In this document: positions 35,367 to 47,171 of the stretch, in pieces
Layout: each line of letters begins with the position of its first letter
Position numbering within the stretch: the stretch's first letter is position 1
NCBI GenBank assembly: GCA_028695025.1
Contig: JAQVJV010000002.1
Coordinates: 18,998 to 82,997, forward strand
Source of the DNA: Candidatus Moraniibacteriota bacterium
GTDB taxonomy: Bacteria; Patescibacteriota; Minisyncoccia; Moranbacterales; UBA11712
Reading direction: 5' to 3'
DNA length: 64,000 nt
Translations under genes and position numbers: made by a program
Notes under the pieces: model-generated
Database searches by the model: none
Told to the model about the DNA's origin: nothing
The model's input: the letters and a program-made list of their open reading frames with translations, nothing else

Positions 35367-37268
35367 ATGAAAAAAACAACAAGGCCGGTAGACGGAGTTT
35401 CCGCCCAGACCGGCCGAAAAAAGGAAATCCGCTCCAAAAGCGGACAAAGTGTTCGGCGCCGCCGCCGGTTCAATCCGGCGAAGAAAAAAATGGCTGCGCC
35501 GAGTCCTGAAGAAAATGTGCTCCGTCTCACTTCAAGCCCCGCTTTCCAAAAAGCGCTTGCGAGGAAGGCGGAATCACAGAAAAGCGCTCCTTCAAGGAGC
35601 AATACTCTTCGCATCATCCCTCTCGGGGGGCAGGAAGAAGTCGGCCGCAACATGACGGTTTTTGAGTATGGCGAAGATATCGTGGTCCTTGATATGGGAC
35701 TCCAATTTCCGGAAGAAGATATGCCGGGGATTGACTATATCGTTCCGAATACGAACTATCTCAAAGGCCGGGAAAAAAATATCCGCGGGGTGATTTTGAG
35801 CCACGGACATCTTGACCACATCGGGGCGGCGCCGATCCTCCTCAAAAAACTGAATTATCCGCCGGTGATCGGGCGTGATCTCACCTTGGCGCTTGTGAAA
35901 AAGAAGCTCGACGACCATGAAAAAGGTTCGGCCCAGAAACTCAAAGCGATGCGGGTGAATTCGATCCGTGACAAAATCCGCCTTGGAAAATTTGAAGTGA
36001 ATTTCTTTGATGTCGAGCATTCCATCATGGACGCGGTCGGAGTGATTCTCAAAACTCCCTCAGGAACGGTTATCCACCCGGGCGACTGGACGATGGGGAA
36101 AGATTCGATGAGCGGAAAAATGATCACCTACCATCATCTTGCGAAACTTCCGAGCCCGCGCATCGTGATGCTCGAGAGTTTGGGCGCGGTGGATACGCGT
36201 ACGGTAACGACTACGGACAAGGAAATGTATGAAAATATCGAAAGGTTGATTTCCAAAGCCCGGGGCCGGGTGATCATCGGCACGTTTTCCTCGCAGATCC
36301 GCCGTATCGGGCATATCATTGAATACGCCGGGAGCATCGGAAAAAAAGTGGCGCTTGACGGATACAGCATGAAGACGAATATCGAAATCGCAAAAGAACT
36401 CGGATATGTGAAAGCTCACAGGGAAACGCTCATTCCCATCTCGGAGATCCATAACTATCCCGAGAATAAGATTGTTGTGATTTGCACGGGGGCGCAAGGC
36501 GAAGGGAATGCGGTACTTTCCCGCATCATCACGGACAACCACCGCTACGTCAAAATCCAAAAAGACGACACAGTGATATTCTCTTCCTCGGTGATTCCCG
36601 GGAATGAACGGACGATCCAGCGGCTGAAGGATAACTTGTATCGCAAGAGCGACAATGTGATCCATAGCGACATCATGGATGTCCATACAAGCGGACACTC
36701 GAACGCGGAGGATATCAAAAATATTCTTCGCCAGATGAAGCCGGATTTCTTTTTGCCGGTCTATGCCAACCACTATATGCTCAAGGAAGCGGCGCGGCTG
36801 GCTCGCGAGATCGGGATCAAAAAAGAAAATATATTTGTGCTCGACAACGGGGATCTCATTGAATTTGAAAAAGGAAAAGCGCGGGTCCAACCCCGGAAAG
36901 CCGACACGAGCTACGTCATGGTGGACGGGCTCGGAGTGGGCGACATCGGCCAGGTGGTCCTTCGCGACCGCCAGCTCCTTGCTCGTGACGGGATGTTCAC
37001 GATCGTGACGATCATTGATTCGAAAACGAAGCGCGTTATCGGCGAGCCGCAAGTGACAAGCCGCGGGTTCATCTACGTCAAGGAAAATTTCGACCTGGTG
37101 AACGCGACCAAGCGCAAAGTGAAGGAAGTGGTGCACAACGCGACGGCGAAAGATGAATCGATCGATTGGAATTATGTCCGTGACCAGATCCGCGACACAG
37201 TCGGCCAGTTCCTCTTCCAAAAAACCGAACGCCGGCCGATGGTTTTGCCGGTGGTGATTGAAGTGTAA
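35367..37268 (+). CDS. rnj: Ribonuclease J with ~85-aa basic N-terminal extension
   Basis: HGHLDHIGA metallo-beta-lactamase motif, beta-CASP and C-terminal domains. N-terminal K/R-rich tail. Confidence 0.92.
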   Translation: MKKTTRPVDGVSAQTGRKKEIRSKSGQSVRRRRRFNPAKKKMAAPSPEENVLRLTSSPAFQKALARKAESQKSAPSRSNTLRIIPLGGQEEVGRNMTVFEYGEDIVVLDMGLQFPEEDMPGIDYIVPNTNYLKGREKNIRGVILSHGHLDHIGAAPILLKKLNYPPVIGRDLTLALVKKKLDDHEKGSAQKLKAMRVNSIRDKIRLGKFEVNFFDVEHSIMDAVGVILKTPSGTVIHPGDWTMGKDSMSGKMITYHHLAKLPSPRIVMLESLGAVDTRTVTTTDKEMYENIERLISKARGRVIIGTFSSQIRRIGHIIEYAGSIGKKVALDGYSMKTNIEIAKELGYVKAHRETLIPISEIHNYPENKIVVICTGAQGEGNAVLSRIITDNHRYVKIQKDDTVIFSSSVIPGNERTIQRLKDNLYRKSDNVIHSDIMDVHTSGHSNAEDIKNILRQMKPDFFLPVYANHYMLKEAARLAREIGIKKENIFVLDNGDLIEFEKGKARVQPRKADTSYVMVDGLGVGDIGQVVLRDRQLLARDGMFTIVTIIDSKTKRVIGEPQVTSRGFIYVKENFDLVNATKRKVKEVVHNATAKDESIDWNYVRDQIRDTVGQFLFQKTERRPMVLPVVIEV

Positions 37269-37311
37269 TTCGTGTAACACGAAACGCATAATTCAAAACT
37301 AAATTAAAAAA

Positions 37312-37341
37312 CCCGATGCCAACTTGCAGCGTCGGGTTTTT
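37312..37341 (+). terminator. Rho-independent terminator after rnj
   Basis: CCCGATGCCAACTTGCAGCGTCGGG followed by TTTTT. Confidence 0.7.
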
Positions 37342-37361
37342 GGTTGGCATATTTTTTTTGG

Positions 37362-37390
37362 TTGCGGGTTATTCTTTGTTGGGATATAAT
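37362..37390 (+). promoter_or_regulatory. Putative sigma70 promoter (TTGCGG, 17 bp, TATAAT)
   Basis: TTGCGG at 37362-37367 and TATAAT at 37385-37390. RBS AGGGGGAG precedes ATG 37450. Confidence 0.45.
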
Positions 37391-37449
37391 GTTGTCAATA
37401 AAAGCTCTTTTAAATTTATTTTTTTATATCATAGAACAGGGGGAGAAAA

Positions 37450-37980
37450 ATGAAACCCAAAAGAAAGAATAGGTTGTTTTTCTTTACGCTAGCAACTATA
37501 GGTTGTGTTGTAGGCGCCTGTCTGATTTGGTGCGATTTAGGGCAGAAAACATCTTTGCAAGAGCAGGTTATCGGGGATGTGCCTGAAGGTGTTCAAGTCC
37601 ATCCATACCAAATGTGCGGGAAGCAAGAAGAATACCAATGCCCTTTATCATCTAACCAAATGCAAAATGTTGGATCCTTGGATAATCTCAAAAAAATCGC
37701 TGAAAAAAAACCAATTTATCTGATGGTTTGCGTTAGGCCTGAAAATAAAAAAGTCACACTTCGGTATGTTACTGTCGATGGCTGTAGTGCGTATTCAGTT
37801 GATCAGTCGCTGAATAAGGAATTTGACTCCAGTTGTGGTTTTGGCTGGAAGTACAAAGTTGACAATGGCAAACTTGTCGCCCAGTCGATAAATTGTCATT
37901 ATTTGGCAGTTGCTGGAGTCGTCATTATTTTATTGGCCTCGATGACAATTATCATTCCAGTCAATCTAAGGGGGGCATAA
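37450..37980 (+). CDS. Hypothetical Cys-rich secreted/membrane protein (possible lipoprotein)
   Basis: N-terminal signal MKPKRKNRLFFFTLATIGCVVGAC, C-terminal hydrophobic anchor. Confidence 0.45.
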   Translation: MKPKRKNRLFFFTLATIGCVVGACLIWCDLGQKTSLQEQVIGDVPEGVQVHPYQMCGKQEEYQCPLSSNQMQNVGSLDNLKKIAEKKPIYLMVCVRPENKKVTLRYVTVDGCSAYSVDQSLNKEFDSSCGFGWKYKVDNGKLVAQSINCHYLAVAGVVIILLASMTIIIPVNLRGA

Positions 37981-38088
37981 TTATGCCAAAAAATATTACC
38001 CCGGAGCTTTGCTAACAATAGCAAGATAAGTTCCGGGGTTTACTTTTTTTACTTTATCCTTTACAATACAAACTTAGTTTGGGCTTTT

Positions 38089-38133
38089 AACCTCACCCCG
38101 ACCCTCTCCTTATATAAGGCGAAGGAGACGAGG
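38089..38133. repeat. Palindromic repeat element copy, degenerate 3' arm, directly 5' of the uvrA ATG
   Basis: AACCTCACCCCGACCCTCTCCTTATATAAGGCGAAGGAGACGAGG. AAGGAG at 38120-38125 serves as the uvrA RBS. Confidence 0.7.
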
Positions 38134-38138
38134 AATAT

Positions 38139-40967
38139 ATGAAAAAATCTCACTTAATTATCAAAGGCGCGCGGGTGAATAACCTCAAAAACGTCGACGT
38201 GAAAATTCCCCGCGACAAAATTGTGGTCGTCACCGGCCTTTCTGGTTCGGGAAAATCGTCCCTTGCTTTTGACACGATATTTGCGGAAGGGCATCGCCGC
38301 TATGTTGAAAATCTTTCCGCCTATGCCCGCCAGTTTTTGGCTTCGGTAAAAAAGCCGGAAATCGAAAAAATTGAAAATTTGTCGCCGGTGATCGCGATTG
38401 ACCAGACAAATGTGAACCGTTCCCCGCGCTCGACGGTTGGGACGATGACGGAGCTTTATGATTGGCTACGGATTCTCTTTGCTCGTCTCGGGAAACCGCA
38501 TTGTCCGAAATGCGGCCGGGAACTCACTCAGCGGACCGCTTCGGAAATTGCCGACGAAATCCTGGCGGAAAAAGAAGAAATAAAATCGCAAATAGCGATC
38601 CTTGCGGGCGCGAAAGATAAAAGCAAACCGTTGAAAGAGAAATTGTCCTCATTTGAGCAGATGGGGTACGCCCGGGTGCGGCTCGGCGAGAAAACAATTC
38701 CCGTTTCGCAAGCGCGTTTTGAAATCGGAAAAATGCCGGAGAATAGCCAGATAGAAGCGGTGATCGATCGGGTGATGATTGACGGGAAATTTCATGACCG
38801 CGAACGGCTGGTGGATTCCATTGAAACGGCGATGAAGGCGAGCGGCGGGGAAGTGGCCATCGCTATTCCCGGAAAGGAAGACCGGAAATACAACCGCTAT
38901 CTCATTTGTTCCGATTGCGGCATTTCCATTTCCGAAATCACGCCCCGGAATTTTTCTTTCAACAATCCGGAAGGGGCATGCCTCGCTTGCGCGGGACTCG
39001 GGACGAAGCTCGAAGTGGATGTTTCCCAGGTGATTCCCAACAGAAACTTGAGCGTCCGCGAGGGAGCCATCAAGCCCTGGAACTTGGCGAGCGCGCGAAA
39101 CGGGAATGCGACCAAGATCGAACAGATGCTTGAAAAAATTTCCAAAGAATCCGGTTTTTCTTTGGATGTTCCGGTGAAAAAACTTGATCCCGAATTTTTG
39201 GACATGTTGATTTATGGCACCCGGGATTTTGAAGGAGCGGTGACTATGCTTGAGCGCAAATACAAGGAAGCGAACTCCGATTTCTCCCGCGGAGAGGCGG
39301 AAAAGTATATGATCATGAAGACCTGTCCCATTTGCAAAGGCCGGCGCCTCAAAAAAGAATCACTCGCCGTGAAAATCGCCGGAAGTTCCATCGCCGATTT
39401 TTCCGAAACGCCGCTTGATATGCTCAAGGAAAAAATGTCAGCCATCCGGGGCATCCCGCAGCTTCCCGCTTTCGGGAAAAAACTGCTTGCCGAGATTTTG
39501 GGAGAAGTCGAAAAGACCATCGGCAACCTTTGCGAAGCGGGCCTTGGATACCTCACGCTGTCTCGGAGTGCCAATTCGCTTTCGGGCGGTGAGTCGCAGA
39601 GAGTGAGGCTTGCGGTGCAGATCGGATCGGGACTCACGGGGATCCTCTATGTACTAGACGAGCCGTCCATAGGCCTTCACGAGCGGGATACTGAAAAATT
39701 GGTCGGGGTTTTTGAAAAATTGAGAGACGAGGGAAACAGCGTGGTCGTGGTTGAGCACGACGCGCAAATCATGAAAAAAGCGGATTGGATAATCGACATG
39801 GGGCCGGGAGCGGGGGAAAACGGAGGAGAGATAATTTTTTCCGGAACTCCTCAAAAAATGCGCGCGGCCAAAACGGAAACGGCGCAGTTCTTGGGCGGGA
39901 AGAAAAAGATTTTTGAAAAGAAAAAACCTGCCCGAAATGCTTCGCGTAGCGATGCAGGCGGGTATCGCAAAGGCAATGGAAGAAAGATTACGGTTGTCGG
40001 CGCCGGGGAGCATAACCTCAAAAACATCGATGTTGATTTTCCTCTCGGGAAAATGATTGTCCTCACGGGCGTGTCGGGTTCGGGGAAGAGTTCTCTTGTG
40101 AGTGACATATTGGGGAAAGCTTTGAGCCGGCATTTTTACAAAGCGAAAGATCCGGCCGGGAAACATAAAGCAGTCAAAGGACTCGGGAATATTTCCAAAG
40201 TGATTGAGATTGACCAGTCTCCGATCGGGCGTACGCCGCGGTCGAACGCCGCGACTTATACGGGAGTTTTTTCCCATATCCGGGATATTTTTGCGTCTCT
40301 TCCGGAAGCAAAGAAACTGCATCTCAATGCCACGCATTTCAGTTTCAACATGAAGGGCGGGCGCTGCGAAGTTTGCCAGGGAGAGGGGCAGAAAAAAATC
40401 GAAATGCATCTTTTGCCGGATATCTATGTCCCTTGCGAGGCTTGCGGCGGGACGCGGTTCAGCCAAAAAGTTTTGTCGGTGGAATATCAGGGGGCGAACG
40501 TGGCCGATGTTCTTGACATGAGCGCGGATTATGCCTGGCGGTTCTTCCAAAACCATCCGCTGGTGGCTGAGAAATTGGAGACTCTCAACCGGGTGGGGCT
40601 CGGATATCTAAAATTGGGCCAGTCGGCGATGCATCTTTCCGGCGGGGAGGCGCAGCGCATCAAACTGGCGACGGAACTTTCGCGGCGCACGAACGGGAAG
40701 GCTTTTTATATCCTCGACGAGCCGACGATCGGTCTTCATTTCGGCGATGTGGCGCGGCTTCTCAAGATTTTGGACGAGTTGGTGGAAAAAGGGAATACGG
40801 TTCTTATTGTCGAACATAATCTGGATGTCATTCGTTCAGCTGATTGGGTGATTGAGCTCGGTCCCGAAGGCGGGGCATACGGCGGAGAGATTGTTTTTGA
40901 AGGAACGCCGAAAGAAATGGTGAAGGCGAAAACATGGACGGCGAAATATCTAAAAAATAAAAACTAA
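38139..40967 (+). CDS. uvrA: Excinuclease ABC subunit A
   Basis: Two ABC modules ([30 protein letters not shown]), LSGGE signature motifs and zinc-finger cysteines. 942 aa. Confidence 0.97.
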   Translation: MKKSHLIIKGARVNNLKNVDVKIPRDKIVVVTGLSGSGKSSLAFDTIFAEGHRRYVENLSAYARQFLASVKKPEIEKIENLSPVIAIDQTNVNRSPRSTVGTMTELYDWLRILFARLGKPHCPKCGRELTQRTASEIADEILAEKEEIKSQIAILAGAKDKSKPLKEKLSSFEQMGYARVRLGEKTIPVSQARFEIGKMPENSQIEAVIDRVMIDGKFHDRERLVDSIETAMKASGGEVAIAIPGKEDRKYNRYLICSDCGISISEITPRNFSFNNPEGACLACAGLGTKLEVDVSQVIPNRNLSVREGAIKPWNLASARNGNATKIEQMLEKISKESGFSLDVPVKKLDPEFLDMLIYGTRDFEGAVTMLERKYKEANSDFSRGEAEKYMIMKTCPICKGRRLKKESLAVKIAGSSIADFSETPLDMLKEKMSAIRGIPQLPAFGKKLLAEILGEVEKTIGNLCEAGLGYLTLSRSANSLSGGESQRVRLAVQIGSGLTGILYVLDEPSIGLHERDTEKLVGVFEKLRDEGNSVVVVEHDAQIMKKADWIIDMGPGAGENGGEIIFSGTPQKMRAAKTETAQFLGGKKKIFEKKKPARNASRSDAGGYRKGNGRKITVVGAGEHNLKNIDVDFPLGKMIVLTGVSGSGKSSLVSDILGKALSRHFYKAKDPAGKHKAVKGLGNISKVIEIDQSPIGRTPRSNAATYTGVFSHIRDIFASLPEAKKLHLNATHFSFNMKGGRCEVCQGEGQKKIEMHLLPDIYVPCEACGGTRFSQKVLSVEYQGANVADVLDMSADYAWRFFQNHPLVAEKLETLNRVGLGYLKLGQSAMHLSGGEAQRIKLATELSRRTNGKAFYILDEPTIGLHFGDVARLLKILDELVEKGNTVLIVEHNLDVIRSADWVIELGPEGGAYGGEIVFEGTPKEMVKAKTWTAKYLKNKN

Positions 40968-40990
40968 AATCGAAAAACTGCAAATAAGAA

Positions 40991-41953
40991 TTGAATATCA
41001 GATTTAAAGCATTGCTTTTAAGTTTTATATTTTCGGTTTTAGTTATGAATCTTCAAAAAAATATTATTCAAACAATTATATATTATGATATCTTGGATTT
41101 CCCTCTCACTTCTTTTGAGATTTGGAAGAATTTGATTGGCGAACGAAAGTGTTCTCTTGGCGAAATAACTGAAACGCTTGAAAGTAGCGAGCTTGAAAAT
41201 CGTATTGAAGAATATAACGGTTTTTATTTTCTCCACGGACGTAAAGAGCTTGTCGCGTGGCGGATCCAGGCGGACAAAGACGCGGGATTGAAATTTGAAA
41301 TTGCCGAAAAGGCGGCCAAGTGGCTCCGATTTGCGCCTTATGTCCGCATGGTTGCGCTCACGGGGACGCTCGCGATGAAAAACTGCGAAAAAGATTCAGA
41401 CATTGATTTTTTTGTGGTTCTTGAAAAAGGGCGTATTTTCACCGGACGGCTTCTGGCGACGGCGATGACGCACGTTTTGGGCCGCCGGCGATATGGGAAA
41501 AAAGTGAAAAACCGAATATGCCTCAATTATTTTGTCGCTACTGACAGCTTGAAAATCGAACGCCAAGATCTTTTCGCGGCAAATGAGTATACTTTTGTTT
41601 TTTTGTTGTTTAGCGGGTCGGCGGGTCGGGATTTCTATCGAGCCAATTTCGACTGGATCAAAAAATTCAAGCCCAATTGGGAAATTCCGGAGCTTGCGCC
41701 CGCGCGGTATCATGTTGACCCAACCTCAATCAGCCGGTTTGCCCAAAAGGCGCTTGAGCGCTTGATAAATTCTCTCGGAGGCGATAGAATAGAAACCTGG
41801 CTCAAGTGTGTGCAAATCGCGCGCATCGGGCGGAATCCCCTGACACGCAAGGACGGCGCTTATGTCCGTGCCAACGAAAAAAATTTGATATTCCTTCCCG
41901 ATCCGCAAGGCGTGCGGATTGAGAAGGAGTGGCAAAAGAGAATCAAATCTTGA
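40991..41953 (+). CDS. Hypothetical nucleotidyltransferase-fold protein
   Basis: LTGTLAMKNCEKDSDIDFFVV resembles the GS...DxD NTase motif. Family uncertain. Confidence 0.35.
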   Translation: MNIRFKALLLSFIFSVLVMNLQKNIIQTIIYYDILDFPLTSFEIWKNLIGERKCSLGEITETLESSELENRIEEYNGFYFLHGRKELVAWRIQADKDAGLKFEIAEKAAKWLRFAPYVRMVALTGTLAMKNCEKDSDIDFFVVLEKGRIFTGRLLATAMTHVLGRRRYGKKVKNRICLNYFVATDSLKIERQDLFAANEYTFVFLLFSGSAGRDFYRANFDWIKKFKPNWEIPELAPARYHVDPTSISRFAQKALERLINSLGGDRIETWLKCVQIARIGRNPLTRKDGAYVRANEKNLIFLPDPQGVRIEKEWQKRIKS

Positions 41954-42028
41954 CACCCTGACTGTATTTCCTATAATAACAATTGGCAGTCAAACACTAA
42001 GAGTGCTAATTTAAAATTAATAATTTAA

Positions 42029-43801
<1,773 letters not shown>

Positions 43802-43828
43802 GATCATATAAATCCAAAGAAATTGAAA

Positions 43829-43856
43829 AAGAGGCCGTGTTCGCGGTCTCTTTTTC
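43829..43856 (+). terminator. Rho-independent terminator after groEL
   Basis: GAGGCCG-TGTTCG-CGGTCTC followed by TTTTT. Confidence 0.6.
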
Positions 43857-43924
43857 GCATTCCCCCCTTTTTGTATTTATGCTATAATTTTTGCAGGATA
43901 ATTCTTATTCCCGAACAAAAACAC

Positions 43925-44887
43925 ATGTTTTCGAAATTTCTTAGTGGGATCAATTTCATTGCCCGGTGCCGGAAATACGGGTTGGGCCTTTGGGAGTGCC
44001 CCAATTTTTTGTTCATTGTGATGGGGGTTGTCACGATAGTAACGATGGTGGGGACATATTTCCTTTCCCGCCAGTTTTCTGACGAAGGGATAACCATCAT
44101 GAGCGTGACAGTGGAAGCTGTCCTTATTGTGACAATCGGAAGTTTTGTGATAAGCGGGGTGGAAAAAGTGGCGGAAGCCAATATTTTGAAAACGGAATTC
44201 GTTTCCATCATTTCCCATCAGCTCTGCACGCCGCTTTCCGCCATCAAATGGAGCATGGAAGTATTGGAAACGGAAAGAGAGGCTGATTGCAAATTTTCGG
44301 AAAAGCAAAAAATGTTTCTTGGCAACATTAAGAAATCCAACGAGCAGATGCTCAAAATGGTAACGGATCTTTTGGAGGTGGCTCGGATCGACCAAGGAAG
44401 GGCCATTTTCGAGGACAAGGAGCTGGATCTTTCCAATCTGGTCGAAGAATCAGTGGCCGGGCTCATGCGGAGCGCAAAAGAAAAAAATGTCCAAATAAGC
44501 TTGAGGATTGAGCCGGGTTTGAGCCGGGTTTGCGTCGATGAACGGAAAATAAAGGTGGTTTTGGACAATTTGATCGGGAATGCGGTCAAATATTCAAAAA
44601 ATGGGGGGAAAGTGGAAGTCGGTTTGAAGGAGGAAAATAGACGGATAGTTTTTTCCGTCCAGGACTGGGGAGTTGGGATTCCAAAATTCCAGCATAGCCG
44701 GGTGTTTGAAAAATTCTTCCGATCAAGAAATGACTCCCGATATCGGACTGACGGAGTAGGGATCGGGCTGTATCTTGCCAAAGCCATTCTCAAACATTGC
44801 GGTGGAGAGGTTTGGTTTGACAGTGAAGCTGAAAAAGGGTCAACTTTCTATTTTCGGATTCCGGTTCCGGCCGCCAAGAATGCCTGA
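43925..44887 (+). CDS. Sensor histidine kinase (HisKA + HATPase_c)
   Basis: H-box ISHQLCTPLSAIKWSMEVL. N/G boxes LDNLIGNAVKYS, GVGIGLYLAK. The ORF track starts at 43823; ATG 43925 (after the terminator) is preferred. Confidence 0.85.
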   Translation: MFSKFLSGINFIARCRKYGLGLWECPNFLFIVMGVVTIVTMVGTYFLSRQFSDEGITIMSVTVEAVLIVTIGSFVISGVEKVAEANILKTEFVSIISHQLCTPLSAIKWSMEVLETEREADCKFSEKQKMFLGNIKKSNEQMLKMVTDLLEVARIDQGRAIFEDKELDLSNLVEESVAGLMRSAKEKNVQISLRIEPGLSRVCVDERKIKVVLDNLIGNAVKYSKNGGKVEVGLKEENRRIVFSVQDWGVGIPKFQHSRVFEKFFRSRNDSRYRTDGVGIGLYLAKAILKHCGGEVWFDSEAEKGSTFYFRIPVPAAKNA

Positions 44888-44921
44888 CTTATTTGGCGTA
44901 ATAATTAAATAAAATATTTTT

Positions 44922-45305
44922 ATGGATAACCCGGAAAAGAAAAAAATTCTCATCGTTGAAGATGATCGGGCGCTTCAAGCCGCCCTCGAAGAAACCCTGG
45001 AACAAGAAGGTTTTGAAACGGTCGGCGCTTTTGACGGAGAAGAGGGAACTCAAAAAGCGAAGGATGAAAAGCCGGATCTGATCCTGCTTGACATCATTCT
45101 TCCCAAGAAAAACGGCTACGAAGTTCTGGCCGATCTCAAAAATGGGGAAGAGCAGGATATACCTGTCATGATCATGACCAATCTTGAAGAAATTGACAAC
45201 ATCCAAAAAGCTTTGGATTTGGGCGCGAAAACTTTCATGATCAAATCCGATTTCAGCTTGAAGGACATTGTTGAAAAGATAAAAGAATATTTTTCGAAAA
45301 AATAA
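44922..45305 (+). CDS. Response regulator, receiver domain only (CheY-like)
   Basis: KKILIVEDDRALQAAL...PDLILLDIILPKKNGYEVL...K in a 127-aa receiver domain. No output domain. Confidence 0.85.
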   Translation: MDNPEKKKILIVEDDRALQAALEETLEQEGFETVGAFDGEEGTQKAKDEKPDLILLDIILPKKNGYEVLADLKNGEEQDIPVMIMTNLEEIDNIQKALDLGAKTFMIKSDFSLKDIVEKIKEYFSKK

Positions 45306-47045
45306 ATGCGAGTTGACAATGAGAGGCTAAAAAGTTTCGCGCTGGATTCCGGCATTATGTCTGAAGAACAGCTGAACCAGGCTTCGGAGGAAGCGGAGAG
45401 CGAAGGGAAAAATCTTGGCGATGTCCTGGTTAAAAAGAAGATAATTACTTCCGACCAGATGCGGCAGCTGGTTTCCTATATTCTGGGAATTCCTTTTGTG
45501 AATATTGAAAAAGAAATTATTCCGAAAGAAATACTGCAGATTATTCCCGAAGCCATCGCCAAAAAATATAAAGTGGTGGCTTTCAAAAAAACCGGAACAG
45601 AGCTCAAGGTGGCTATGCTCAATCCGGATGATATTCAGACAGTTGATTTTATCCGGAAAAAGACCGGCCTCAAAGTTTCACCCTGCGTGACAACGGAACT
45701 GGGGATTGAAAACGCGCTCAAGCAATACGAGCAGAGCCTCAAGGCGGAGTTCGGAGATATCATCGAAAAAAACGCGCCGGGAGTTTCGCAGGATGACTCC
45801 TTGGAAAAAGTGGCGCAGGAATTGCCGGTGATCCGCATCGTGGAAGCGCTTCTCAAGCATGCTATCCTTCAGGATGCGAGCGATATCCATATAGAACCGG
45901 ATGAAAAAGAAGTGCGTGTCCGCTACCGCATCGACGGGATGCTCCATGACGCGATGAATTTGCCGCGCACGGTCCTTGCCGGAATTGTCGCCCGCATAAA
46001 GATTCTTTCCAACCTCAAGCTGGACGAACACCGCCTGCCCCAGGACGGACGGTTCAAAATCGAACAAGACGGGAGAAGGACCGCTTTCCGGGTTTCCATC
46101 TTGCCGGTCTATTCCGGAGAAAAAATCGTGATGCGCCTCTTGGACGAATCTTCCAAGGGCCTTACGCTTGAAGCGATGGGCCTTTGGGGCGCGGCGCTTG
46201 AAAAAATACACCAAGCCATCCAAAAGCCGAACGGCATGATTCTCGTCACCGGCCCGACCGGATCGGGAAAAACGACTACGCTTTATACTATAATGGACAT
46301 CCTCAATACTCCGAAGGTGAATATTTCCACTGTGGAAGACCCGATCGAGTACAAGATGTCGAGGATCAACCAGACGCAAGTCAATCCGCAGATAGGACTT
46401 ACTTTTTCCCAAGGTTTGCGGGCGCTCCTTCGCCAGGATCCGGATATCATCATGGTAGGGGAAATTCGGGACAAAGAAACGATGGAAATTGCCGTCCACG
46501 CGGCGATGACCGGCCACTTGGTGCTTTCCACGCTGCATACCAACGACGCGCCGGGAACGATACCCCGTCTCATTGACATGGGCGCGGAGCCGTTCCTCAT
46601 CGCTTCGACGGTGAATGTGGTGATGGGGCAACGGCTGGTGAGAAAGCTTTGCAGCGATTGCCGCCAGAGCTACAAGCTTGACAAGGCCCTTTTGGATTCT
46701 TTGAGCAAAGAAATTGATCTTGATCAGCTTTTGGATATTGCCGCAAAAAGCAACTTCATAGACAAGGAAGTTGCCGTGTCCCGGGATTGGTCAAAAATTG
46801 ATTTTTTTCACTCGGTTGGTTGCGAGCGCTGTTCCCAGGAAGGTTATAAAGGGCGGGTGGGAATATATGAAGTGATGGAAGTTGACGAGGAACTGGCCAA
46901 AATGATCAGTGCGCGCGCGGACAGCAATGAGATAGGGAAAAAAGCCAAAGAAAAAGGGATGATGAATATGTTTGAGGATGGGATGATAAAAGCCATTCAA
47001 GGAGTTACTTCCATTGAAGAAATTCTACGGGTTACGAAGAATTGA
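45306..47045 (+). CDS. pilB: Type IV pilus assembly ATPase PilB/GspE
   Basis: N-terminal GSPII_E_N domain. Walker A GPTGSGKTTTLY. Tetracysteine CSDCRQSYK...CERCSQEGYKGRVGIYEVM. Confidence 0.93.
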   Translation: MRVDNERLKSFALDSGIMSEEQLNQASEEAESEGKNLGDVLVKKKIITSDQMRQLVSYILGIPFVNIEKEIIPKEILQIIPEAIAKKYKVVAFKKTGTELKVAMLNPDDIQTVDFIRKKTGLKVSPCVTTELGIENALKQYEQSLKAEFGDIIEKNAPGVSQDDSLEKVAQELPVIRIVEALLKHAILQDASDIHIEPDEKEVRVRYRIDGMLHDAMNLPRTVLAGIVARIKILSNLKLDEHRLPQDGRFKIEQDGRRTAFRVSILPVYSGEKIVMRLLDESSKGLTLEAMGLWGAALEKIHQAIQKPNGMILVTGPTGSGKTTTLYTIMDILNTPKVNISTVEDPIEYKMSRINQTQVNPQIGLTFSQGLRALLRQDPDIIMVGEIRDKETMEIAVHAAMTGHLVLSTLHTNDAPGTIPRLIDMGAEPFLIASTVNVVMGQRLVRKLCSDCRQSYKLDKALLDSLSKEIDLDQLLDIAAKSNFIDKEVAVSRDWSKIDFFHSVGCERCSQEGYKGRVGIYEVMEVDEELAKMISARADSNEIGKKAKEKGMMNMFEDGMIKAIQGVTSIEEILRVTKN

Positions 47046-47171
47046 AAGGCTAAAATCAAAAAACTTTAGCTTTTAGCTTTTAGAATTTAGACTTTCTAAA
47101 ATCAGGGTCTCGTTTGACTCTTTTTTTTATGTTATAATAAAAGTGTAAATATCAAGTAAAAACAAAATTTT

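Noticed and set aside
36060-37289. 409-aa minus-strand ORF antisense to rnj; likewise 39654-40556 antisense to uvrA, 42407-43443 antisense to groEL, 45678-46631 antisense to pilB, 27985-28785 antisense to pmm, 32259-33023 antisense to the SBP gene
   Set aside because: All overlap confidently assigned conserved genes on the opposite strand and show no motifs.
43871-43889. Promoter TTGTAT/TATAAT upstream of the first histidine kinase
   Set aside because: Spacer of only 7 bp between the hexamers. Not a functional sigma70 geometry, although the TATAAT may still be a -10 element.
47114-47142. Internal promoter TTGACT ... TATAAT between pilB and pilC
   Set aside because: Spacer of 13 bp to TATAAT (15 bp to TAATAA), too short for confidence. 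A hairpin (GCTAAA...TTTAGC) precedes it. Left unannotated.
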